Shown: positions 1 to 7,120 of the stretch, piece after piece
Numbering within the stretch: position 1 is the stretch's first letter
Layout: the number at the start of each line of letters is the position of its first letter
Source: a virus
Taxonomy: Duplodnaviria > Caudoviricetes
Strand: one strand, 5' to 3'
IMG/VR virus record: IMGVR_UViG_3300038530_000849
Coordinates: 1-25,766 of that record
Length of the DNA: 25,766 bases
The notes under the pieces: model-generated
Database searches by the model: none
What the model saw: only the letters and a program-made list of their open reading frames with translations
What the model was told of the DNA's origin: nothing
Program-made: the position numbers and the translations under genes

Positions 1-13
1 CTCCTGATTTTAA

Positions 14-208
14 TTATATCCACATTACATTAGCATACGCATCTAAACCTTTATTAGAATAAGATTTAGCATATCCTAATTTAGATTTACAATCTTTAAT
101 AATGTTAGTTAATTCTTCTTGTTGTTTTTCTGTTCCATTAAAAAGCAATGGATTTCTGCGAGCATTTCTTAACTTCTTTTCATAATATTTTTTTTCTTCA
201 TTTGTCAT
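14..208 (-). CDS. small basic hypothetical early protein (64 aa)
   Basis: ORF preceded by the repeated module TATAATTAAAATCAAGAGGATAAAAAAATG; part of the co-oriented small-ORF array. Confidence 0.75.
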   Translation of the reverse strand: MTNEEKKYYEKKLRNARRNPLLFNGTEKQQEELTNIIKDCKSKLGYAKSYSNKGLDAYANVMWI

Positions 209-230
209 TTTTTTATCCTCTTGATTTTAA

Positions 231-368
231 TTATAATTGAATTAATTTTCTATACTCAACACCATAACCATTGTTAATATATATTATTTCAATTTGGTGG
301 TTATGCTCATTTAATTTAATCCATTTTTCTTGATCTTCATATCTTTCGAATGTTTTTATTTCCCACAT
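231..368 (-). CDS. small hypothetical protein (45 aa, MWEIKTFERYEDQEKWIKLNEHNHQIEIIYINNGYGVEYRKLIQL), not in the ORF track
   Basis: Read manually: ATG at 368-366 preceded by AGGAGGATAAAAAA, TAA at 233-231 forming the start of the next junction module; exactly fills the gap between neighbours. Confidence 0.8.
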   Translation of the reverse strand: MWEIKTFERYEDQEKWIKLNEHNHQIEIIYINNGYGVEYRKLIQL

Positions 369-389
369 TTTTTTATCCTCCTATTTTCT

Positions 390-647
390 TTATACGAAAT
401 ATTTAATAACTTGTTCAAGCGTTATGTCAATTAATTGATTATTGTTTTCAATATCTTCAATCAAAAAATATTCATGTTCCTCGTTTGGCAGGAAGATTGT
501 AATATCTTCTTCTTGATGAGAAATATTCGGTCTTACATCTCTATGCTCTTGATAAGTATCAACGAAACCATAAATACCATTTTTTTCTAATGTTAACAAT
601 AAACCTTTGATCATCAACATTTCTTTTATTGTTGTTTCTTTATTCAT
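390..647 (-). CDS. small acidic hypothetical early protein (85 aa)
   Basis: ORF with junction module TAATTAAAATCAGGGGAATAAAAAATG. Confidence 0.8.
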   Translation of the reverse strand: MNKETTIKEMLMIKGLLLTLEKNGIYGFVDTYQEHRDVRPNISHQEEDITIFLPNEEHEYFLIEDIENNNQLIDITLEQVIKYFV

Positions 648-664
648 TTTTTATTCCCCTGATT

Positions 665-865
665 TTAATTACTATAATTTTCTAATATTAAATGTTCAAC
701 TGTATCATATATATCATTAAATATATCTTGAGCAGCTTCATTATATTCAGTTGTATCATCTTCATTAGTTACGATACATTTTTTATCATAATCTTTACCG
801 AATTTAAGACGCAAGATCATGTCCGCAATTTCGGAAGTTGTTTCAATTAATTTATCATCATTCAT
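665..865 (-). CDS. small acidic hypothetical early protein (66 aa)
   Basis: ORF with junction module identical to that of 390..647; D/E-rich. Confidence 0.8.
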   Translation of the reverse strand: MNDDKLIETTSEIADMILRLKFGKDYDKKCIVTNEDDTTEYNEAAQDIFNDIYDTVEHLILENYSN

Positions 866-888
866 TTTTTATTCCCCTGATTTTAATT

Positions 889-910
889 ACTATACTATAC
901 TATACTATAC
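889..910. repeat. pentanucleotide tandem repeat (ACTAT)x4
   Basis: actatactatactatactatac at 889-910. Confidence 0.85.
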
Positions 911-911
911 A

Positions 912-933
912 GAGAGGCTATATTTAGCCCCTC
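912..933 (-). other. stem-loop directly after the stop codon of 935..1303
   Basis: Minus strand GAGGGGCTA-AATA-TAGCCTCTC, 9-bp stem with one G-U; no U-tract so not a classic intrinsic terminator. Confidence 0.6.
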
Positions 934-934
934 A

Positions 935-1303
935 TTAGCCCCTAATTTCTTCTTTAATTTTCTTAATATCTTGTACGCTTAACATATTAGAGAAAACTTC
1001 ATCAAGATGATTACTTTCACTTAATATCTCTTCGCCCACAATATAAGCGTACATATTAGCAATCTTTTCAGCGTCGCTAAAATCGGTTGTAACTTCACCG
1101 AAGTTGCCCTGCTCATAGTCTTTTATCATTTCGATTATATCAAAAGTTTCAGCACCTAAAAACTCTTTAGCTTTATGATTACCAATAATGAAATAATCTG
1201 TATTACATAGCTCGTGGTGTAAATCACAAGCGTAAGTATCCACATAATTATTATCTAATTTATTTAATATATCTTGTCTTACTTCTTCTTTTTGATTTAT
1301 CAT
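935..1303 (-). CDS. acidic early protein (122 aa), possible Ocr-like/anti-defence protein
   Basis: About 26 D/E versus 11 K/R; DLHH..NTDYFIIG and YE..NFGEV.TD.SDAEKIANM segments look like a recurrent phage family; SD AAAGGA upstream. Confidence 0.7.
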   Translation of the reverse strand: MINQKEEVRQDILNKLDNNYVDTYACDLHHELCNTDYFIIGNHKAKEFLGAETFDIIEMIKDYEQGNFGEVTTDFSDAEKIANMYAYIVGEEILSESNHLDEVFSNMLSVQDIKKIKEEIRG

Positions 1304-1329
1304 TTTTTTATCCTTTAATTTAAATTACT

Positions 1330-1381
1330 GATCTCATCAGGTAGCCAACTAGACTACGACGCACCGCAGTGCGTTTCGATC
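1330..1381 (-). ncRNA. type II hammerhead self-cleaving ribozyme
   Basis: Minus strand: GATC GAAAC GCAC-TGCG-GTGC GTC^ GTAGTC-TAGTT-GGCTAC CTGATGA GATC. Full catalytic core (CUGAUGA, GAAA, GUC), stem III ACGCAC/GTGCGT, stem I GTAGTC/GGCTAC, open stem II GATC/GATC. Confidence 0.95.
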
Positions 1382-1642
1382 TTATTTATATTCCTCAAAG
1401 TTAACTGAAGTAGAAACAAAGAATTTGTATTTGTTTTCAAGATACTTCCAGTCAACCTTATGATAATTATCAACTGTAATTGGACAGTATTCTTCGTACC
1501 AATCGCCCTCTTGTAAGGCTAGATGATTTGTCAGCAGCCACTCAGTTGATACTACTTTATTATCGTACTTTATTTCATTTAAGTTATCTTCGTATATACC
1601 TTGTAACTCTTCTTCAGCGAATTTTGTTAATTTATTTATCAT
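1382..1642 (-). CDS. small acidic hypothetical early protein (86 aa)
   Basis: ORF with junction module AAATTAAAATCAGGAAGGATAAAAAAATG; its stop codon abuts the hammerhead. Confidence 0.8.
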   Translation of the reverse strand: MINKLTKFAEEELQGIYEDNLNEIKYDNKVVSTEWLLTNHLALQEGDWYEEYCPITVDNYHKVDWKYLENKYKFFVSTSVNFEEYK

Positions 1643-1669
1643 TTTTTTATCCTTCCTGATTTTAATTTA

Positions 1670-1987
1670 TTATTTGTTAAATATTGATTTGTTGTTAAAT
1701 TCAACTAATACTGAAGCTTCAAAACCGTTTACAAAATCTTTTAATCTTTGGAGTAATTCTTCTGTGGTTTTGGCTTCAAGTATATTATTACTACAGCCAT
1801 TTTTCTTTATAATTCTTGCAATTGCAGGTTGTCCAAAATGAGGATAGTTATAAAAATAACTTCCCACATTATGAGTTGAATTATCTAAATCATAAGCATT
1901 TATATTTTCATTTGAAAGTTGATTTAATGTATCAACTAATTTGATTATTTGTTTTTCATCATTTAATTTTTTTTCATACCATTTCAT
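1670..1987 (-). CDS. hypothetical early protein, first gene of leftward operon (105 aa from MKWYEKK)
   Basis: ORF track starts at 2035, but ATG at 1987 has SD AAAGGA at good spacing and the 2035 start overlaps the putative -10 box. Confidence 0.7.
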   Translation of the reverse strand: MKWYEKKLNDEKQIIKLVDTLNQLSNENINAYDLDNSTHNVGSYFYNYPHFGQPAIARIIKKNGCSNNILEAKTTEELLQRLKDFVNGFEASVLVEFNNKSIFNK

Positions 1988-2033
1988 TTGTTTTCCTTTG
2001 GTTAATTTATTATTTGTTTTATTCATAAAAATC

Positions 2034-2061
2034 ATTATCCATAATTTGACATGTTCGTCAA
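2034..2061 (-). promoter_or_regulatory. putative sigma70-type promoter for the leftward early operon, with overlapping inverted repeat
   Basis: TTGACG (2061-2056) - 16 bp - GATAAT (2039-2034), A-rich UP region; TTGAC-ATGTTC-GTCAA inverted repeat at 2046-2061. Confidence 0.5.
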
Positions 2062-2229
2062 TAGTTTTTTTTATTTTTTTTTGACATATATTTTTAACCT
2101 TTATTTTTAACTAATTAAATTAAGATATTTGTTTAATCTTTTAATCCGGATCAGCTCCAGATTTTTCTTATCGCACACGTAAAAAAATAAATAAAAAGAA
2201 TCGCAGCAGTTAATCATTCGGTATAAATG

Positions 2230-2277
2230 TATCGATAAAAGATATCGATTTAAAAATATCGATAAAAAAATATTGAT
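2230..2277. repeat. phased TATCGAT palindrome array
   Basis: ATCGAT at 2231, 2244, 2258 and degenerate ATTGAT at 2272, each preceded by T, 13-14 bp period. Confidence 0.7.
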
Positions 2278-2417
2278 TTGCAAAATTTTAGCCTAGTGGG
2301 GCATATTCAGGGGGGGGTGCCGGACACCGGATGCTGTGTATGTATGTATTTAGACCCCTACCAACTTTTTAAATATTTGATCTTGCTGTCAAATTTTATA
2401 TATGCGATAGGAAATAT

Positions 2418-2765
2418 ATGGAATCACAACAATCGATATATGCACATCTACAAGATATAGCTACCGATAATAAAAAACTATGGTCCTATAGTGGTAAGTT
2501 AAGTCAGCTATACAAATCAGAATCAAAGCTGAAAGAGCAATCAAAAAAATCTGCTATCAATTTAGATGACAAAGAATCATTACGACAATCAGTCCTAGAA
2601 CACTTATATGCAGAAAGTTCAAAAGGTAATGCACAAGCATCAGATAAACTAGCTAGATTAGCTGGGTTAGGAGAAGAAACTCAAGATATAATTATTGAGA
2701 TAGTAAATTACAATCCACCTAAAGCAAAGAAAGGAAAGAAGAAATTAACATCTTCGAACACATAA
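2418..2765 (+). CDS. putative terminase small subunit
   Basis: First rightward gene upstream of TerL, 115 aa, helical with GNAQASDKLARLAGL segment and basic C-tail; SD AGGA; positional inference. Confidence 0.5.
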   Translation: MESQQSIYAHLQDIATDNKKLWSYSGKLSQLYKSESKLKEQSKKSAINLDDKESLRQSVLEHLYAESSKGNAQASDKLARLAGLGEETQDIIIEIVNYNPPKAKKGKKKLTSSNT

Positions 2766-2779
2766 ATGGATTAGCTATA

Positions 2780-2899
2780 ATGAAATGTATGTTATGCAAA
2801 AATATATTTTTTATTCTAGATATGCCTATGCAATTGAATGATCCTGATTTTTGTCCCTACTGTGGATGTGAATTTGAACTAGAAATTGATATTAATTAG
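2780..2899 (+). CDS. 39-aa zinc-ribbon-like protein (MKCMLCK...FCPYCGCEF), not in ORF track
   Basis: Manual translation: CxxC-x18-CPYC; fills gap after putative TerS; weak SD. Confidence 0.55.
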   Translation: MKCMLCKNIFFILDMPMQLNDPDFCPYCGCEFELEIDIN

Positions 2900-2949
2900 A
2901 CCCTTAATAGGGGCTAGTGTTAGACCCTATGTATAGTAATAGTATAGTA

Positions 2950-3108
2950 ATGAATGATAGAAATAAAAGTTGCGAAGAATGTTGTTGCGTAGACTCGGAA
3001 AGTAATCCAATTCTTGAAGAGTGGGACAAGCAAGGGTTTCTTGTAAAAAGTATATGCATGATGTGTTATGCAGAAAATCTAGATGAAAATAAGAATACCA
3101 ACGATTGA
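2950..3108 (+). CDS. small Cys-rich protein (CEEC...CMMC)
   Basis: Two CxxC pairs; ATG at 2950 preferred over the track's 2917 start; overlaps TerL start. Confidence 0.55.
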   Translation: MNDRNKSCEECCCVDSESNPILEEWDKQGFLVKSICMMCYAENLDENKNTND

Positions 3109-4531
3109 GCCAAGAGATTATCAAATACCTTTTTTAAAAGCGTTTGATAGTGGCATACAATATTCAGTTATATCGTGGCATAGACGAGCAGGTAAAGATG
3201 TTACGTCATTCAATGCTATGATCAAGCGTGCTATACAAACACCAGGTAACTATTACTACCTATTCCCTACTAGAGCATGGGCCCAGCGTGCTTTATGGGA
3301 TAACATATGTGAATGGGCTGGTGGTAAAAAACTAATCGATTTGTTATGTCCACCGGAAATAGTACGCAGAAAAAACAATTCAGACTTTTTTCTTGACTTA
3401 ATCAATGGCAGTAGAATAAAGATAGATGGAACAGATAATCTAAATTTCGTTGGACAAGGAGGATCAGGATATGTTTTATCAGAGTTTTCTTTACACAAAG
3501 AAGAAGTATCCGGATTCCTTGCACCTATATTAACTGAAGGTAGTGCATTTGTAATATTCAATGGCACACTACGAGGAAAATCAAATCATTTATGGAGATT
3601 ATATGAAAATAATAAAGAAAATAAAAACTGGTTTACACAATGGTATCAACTGGGGGATACAAAAACTGCGTATTGGGTTGGTAGCGGTATGGATATTAAT
3701 CCAGAGCTTGCTAGTAAAATTAGTCCTTATGATGGAAAAGCTTATAAAAATATTCAAGAAGATGTTGACTCGGGGATAATATCCTATGCAATGGCTCGTC
3801 AAGAATATTTGAATGAAGCCATTTCTCAAGTAGAAAATAGCTACTATGGTCACGAGCTTGAGGTTTTAAAAAATGAGGAGAGGTATGGAAATCTCGATAT
3901 TGGAAATGGGAGTGTATTTACTTTTTGGGATTTGGGTACTTCTGATGCTACAGCCATAATATTTGCACAAGTTATAGATGGTAAACCTATTATAATAGAT
4001 TATCACGAGTCTAGTGGTAAAAAAATTGAAGACTATGCGATAGTAGTAAACAGTAAAAACTACAAGTATGGTGGCCACTTTGCACCGCATGATGTATCCA
4101 AGCGTATGTTGTTTGGTGATCTAGTATCTACAGCAAAAGAAGTAGGTATAGATTTTAGACGTGTACCAAAAACTAGCTCGGTATTACAAGATATAGAAAT
4201 ATGTAGACGTAAAATGCGAGAAGTATATATTCATACTAGGTGTGAAGATTTATTAGAACATCTTGAGCATTATAGAGAAGGACCAAGTGGTCGACCTGTA
4301 CATGATAAACACTCTCATGCAGCTGATGCATTTAGAACAATGATCATGGGAATACATTTAAATCTTGTACACCCTTATTTATCAACAGGCAAACAAATTA
4401 AATTACCAAACACAGTAGGGAAGGCAGAAGAGTATGTCGATTGGGAATCCAATACAGCTAGCGAAAAACCGCTATGGAAAAGATTTCGAGAGTCTAATGG
4501 ACTTTTATCTGACTCATGGAGTGGTGTATAG
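3083..4531 (+). CDS. terL: terminase large subunit
   Basis: PRDYQ adenine-binding motif, WHRRAGKD Walker A variant, VLSE Walker B, FNGT motif III, FWDLGTSD RNase H-like nuclease and HDKHSHAADAFR C-terminal motif. Confidence 0.95.
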   Translation: MKIRIPTIEPRDYQIPFLKAFDSGIQYSVISWHRRAGKDVTSFNAMIKRAIQTPGNYYYLFPTRAWAQRALWDNICEWAGGKKLIDLLCPPEIVRRKNNSDFFLDLINGSRIKIDGTDNLNFVGQGGSGYVLSEFSLHKEEVSGFLAPILTEGSAFVIFNGTLRGKSNHLWRLYENNKENKNWFTQWYQLGDTKTAYWVGSGMDINPELASKISPYDGKAYKNIQEDVDSGIISYAMARQEYLNEAISQVENSYYGHELEVLKNEERYGNLDIGNGSVFTFWDLGTSDATAIIFAQVIDGKPIIIDYHESSGKKIEDYAIVVNSKNYKYGGHFAPHDVSKRMLFGDLVSTAKEVGIDFRRVPKTSSVLQDIEICRRKMREVYIHTRCEDLLEHLEHYREGPSGRPVHDKHSHAADAFRTMIMGIHLNLVHPYLSTGKQIKLPNTVGKAEEYVDWESNTASEKPLWKRFRESNGLLSDSWSGV

Positions 4532-4775
4532 TGATGATAAAGTTTTTGTTATGGCTATCATGCATAACAAAGATGCATTGTTAAAAAATAAAAAGAAAGA
4601 GCTTGACAATCTAAATTGTTGGTATGTACATTACGCAGCAGGGGATATTTCTCGTTTATTTGAAATCGCACCCTATGAATTAGAGTGGGCATTATTTGAA
4701 CGAGGAAAAAATAAACCACTCAAATGTTATAAAGTAGATAGGATAAGGAGATTAATTTATGGGAGGCGGCAGTAG
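4434..4775 (+). CDS. conserved hypothetical phage protein between TerL and portal
   Basis: 113-aa ORF (WYVHYAAGD motif) overlapping TerL by 98 nt and the next gene by 17 nt. Confidence 0.7.
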   Translation: MSIGNPIQLAKNRYGKDFESLMDFYLTHGVVYSDDKVFVMAIMHNKDALLKNKKKELDNLNCWYVHYAAGDISRLFEIAPYELEWALFERGKNKPLKCYKVDRIRRLIYGRRQ

Positions 4776-5184
4776 TACACCTAGACCACCAAAGATCAAA
4801 ACACCACCACCACCGGTTGAAGACATATCAACAGCATATCAATCTCCAACTATGCGTCAAGAAATAGCCAGACGACAACGACGTGGTGCATTTGTAACTC
4901 GTGGACAAACATTAGGAGCAAGTGGAGAAGTTCTTGGTGCAGGACCAACAGAATTAGCACCAATTGCACAAGCTACAGGTACAGATACACCTGAAAAAGA
5001 ATTATCTAAAGAAGAATTTTTAAAACAAAATCCTAGTAAAGTAAAAGTATTTGGTGGACCTGGATACTCATATGCAATGAACAAAAGAAGAGAGGATGAA
5101 AATAGAAGATATGCTTCTTATCTTAAAAAATTAAGAAAAGATACAGAATCTCGTATGGGTGCAACTAGAGGGCAAACAATATAA
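4759..5184 (+). CDS. putative small virion/assembly protein upstream of portal
   Basis: MGGGS..PPPP N-terminus and basic RRQRRG segment typical of the pre-portal gene of podoviruses; TAATG coupling to portal. Confidence 0.6.
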   Translation: MGGGSSTPRPPKIKTPPPPVEDISTAYQSPTMRQEIARRQRRGAFVTRGQTLGASGEVLGAGPTELAPIAQATGTDTPEKELSKEEFLKQNPSKVKVFGGPGYSYAMNKRREDENRRYASYLKKLRKDTESRMGATRGQTI

Positions 5185-6845
5185 TGGATGCTAAATCTTT
5201 AATTAAAATGTACAATCGTGAAAAAACGAGTACAGAACGAAGTAACTTTAATGATATATACGAAACCTGTGCAGAGTTTTGCAATCCAAAAGCAGATGAT
5301 ATACAAAGTAAAAAAACAGCAGGTGAACGTACAGACTCACAACGAGTAACAGATATTGGTATAAAAGCAAGACGTATGTTTACTGCTGGTATGATGTCCC
5401 ATTTATTTCCACAAGGACAAAATTGGATACGAGTAGTTACTGTTAATCGTGAACTTATGTCTAACGATAATGTTATTCGTGCATTATCTTCTGTATCTAA
5501 AAAATTTATTAATGCTATAGAAAACTCAAACTTTTATGAAGAGATGGGACAATGTATTGATCATTGTGGATACATTGGAACAACTACATTATATTGTGAG
5601 TCAGATAAGAAAAACTTTATTAACTGGCGATCACATTATATTAATCAATTTTATTTTTGTGAAAACTATCAAGGCCAAGTAGATACTGTTATTCGTGAGT
5701 TTAAACTTACTGCTAGACAAGCATTACAACAGTTTGGTGAAGATTGTCCAGAACGTATACGACAAGAAGCAGAAAATATGTCTACGCAAACTAAAGAGCA
5801 TGAGTTTATTCATGTAGTTATGCCTAGAAATGGATATACTCCTAATACAGATAAAAAAGAAAATAAAAAAGTTGCATCAATTTATGTTAGTTTAACTACA
5901 AAAGAAATAGTAATGGAATCAGGATTTGATGAAATGCCTTACTCTGTGGGTCGTTTCTACAAAACAAACTATGAAAAGTATGGTAGAAGTCCTGCATCAG
6001 AAGTAATTAATACACTTCCTATGATAAATAGAATGGAAGTAGCTCGTATTCGTGGTGCTGAAAGAGTATCTAACCCCCCGTGGTTAGCTCCTAATGATGG
6101 TAGTGTTAGACGTATATCTAACGATCAAGGGTCTATTATATATTATAACGCAGGTAACCCACTATCTAAACCTGAACAACTACGACCAATGGACAATATT
6201 GTTGTTAATGATGCAATGATACAAAAGAAAGAACAAGAAGTAATGGATGCTTTTTACATTCCATTGTTTAATCCATTACATAATAAACAAAACATGACAG
6301 CATTTGAATCACAAGAAAGACTTAACTTATCATTACAATTTCTTACACCTGCGGTCAATAGATTAAATAAATATTTTGTTAAGCCAGCATTAGAAAGAGC
6401 ATTTGGTATTATGTTACGAGCTGGTGCATTTAGAGAACTTGAAATAGAAGAGTTATCAGAAGCTAGTCTTGATTTTGATTTAGTAGGTAAAGCATCTATA
6501 GCATCAAGGCAAATAGAATTATTTGGCACAATGACTGCTGTTCAACAAATGGCACAGATAGCACAACTTAAACCTGAAATATTTGATAATTTAAATCCTG
6601 ATAAAACAGCACGATTTATTCAAGAAGTAAATATGATGCCAATAGATTTACAATTATCAGAAGATGAAGTACAAGAAATAAGAGATGAAAGAGCAGAAGC
6701 TGCTGCTGCACAACAACAAGCAATGCAAGCACAAGCATTAAGTGACGCATATGCTAAAACAAGACAAGCACCCGAACAAGGTAGTGGTGCAGAGTTTGTT
6801 CAAGAATTAGTTAATCAAGAAGTAGAAGCAGCAGAAGAGGGTTAA
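5184..6845 (+). CDS. portal (head-tail connector, BPP-1 Bbp21/T7 gp8 type)
   Basis: 553 aa; ESGFDEMPY, YGRSPA, NPPWL, MTAFE motifs and Q/A-rich C-terminal helix; synteny. Confidence 0.92.
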   Translation: MDAKSLIKMYNREKTSTERSNFNDIYETCAEFCNPKADDIQSKKTAGERTDSQRVTDIGIKARRMFTAGMMSHLFPQGQNWIRVVTVNRELMSNDNVIRALSSVSKKFINAIENSNFYEEMGQCIDHCGYIGTTTLYCESDKKNFINWRSHYINQFYFCENYQGQVDTVIREFKLTARQALQQFGEDCPERIRQEAENMSTQTKEHEFIHVVMPRNGYTPNTDKKENKKVASIYVSLTTKEIVMESGFDEMPYSVGRFYKTNYEKYGRSPASEVINTLPMINRMEVARIRGAERVSNPPWLAPNDGSVRRISNDQGSIIYYNAGNPLSKPEQLRPMDNIVVNDAMIQKKEQEVMDAFYIPLFNPLHNKQNMTAFESQERLNLSLQFLTPAVNRLNKYFVKPALERAFGIMLRAGAFRELEIEELSEASLDFDLVGKASIASRQIELFGTMTAVQQMAQIAQLKPEIFDNLNPDKTARFIQEVNMMPIDLQLSEDEVQEIRDERAEAAAAQQQAMQAQALSDAYAKTRQAPEQGSGAEFVQELVNQEVEAAEEG

Positions 6846-7120
6846 TGGATATAGTTGATAAAGTAACCTACGATTTTGAGTGGGATAACGAGAAGGATTT
6901 ATCAGAAGAAACTAGACGAGCTTTTGTAAATCTTTTTAATATAGAAAATAATGATGCGTTATTAGTAACAAAATTTTTAGTAGGCATTTGTAAATGGCAA
7001 GATCAAACAGAATATAATGATCCTGTTATAGAAGCAAAGATGAATGCTTTACGAAATGTAATATTAAGTATTAAAAAACAAATTAACATGAAACCCATAG
7101 AGGAGGTCACTAATGAGTGA
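6845..7120 (+). CDS. small head-associated protein (Bbp19-like position)
   Basis: 91 aa between portal and scaffold, coupled to both; AFVNLF...LRNVILSI pattern. Confidence 0.55.
   Translation: MDIVDKVTYDFEWDNEKDLSEETRRAFVNLFNIENNDALLVTKFLVGICKWQDQTEYNDPVIEAKMNALRNVILSIKKQINMKPIEEVTNE

Larger units (their letters stand above)
1..1669 (-). repeat. dispersed intergenic junction repeat, consensus TAATTAAAATCAGGRGGATAAAAAAATG (copies at ~1-16, 206-235, 366-385, 642-676, 860-894, 1301-1327, 1640-1669)
   Basis: Directly visible; 642-676 and 860-894 are identical over 35 bp; every copy ends in SD + A-run + ATG of a small ORF. Confidence 0.9.

Noticed and set aside
1-1669. Junction repeats as a CRISPR array or integron attC sites
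   Set aside because: Intervening sequences are 140-370 bp intact ORFs, repeats are degenerate, non-palindromic, lack GTTRRRY/RYYYAAC ends, and no cas or integrase gene is present
2278-2460. 60-aa plus-strand ORF
   Set aside because: TTG start with no SD, crosses the G-tract regulatory region and overlaps putative TerS out of frame
2927-5084. Antisense/alternate-frame ORFs (2927..3124, 3256..3567, 3561..3779, 3599..3853, 3866..4090, 4857..5084)
   Set aside because: Lie within well-supported genes, lack SDs, composition typical of shadow frames
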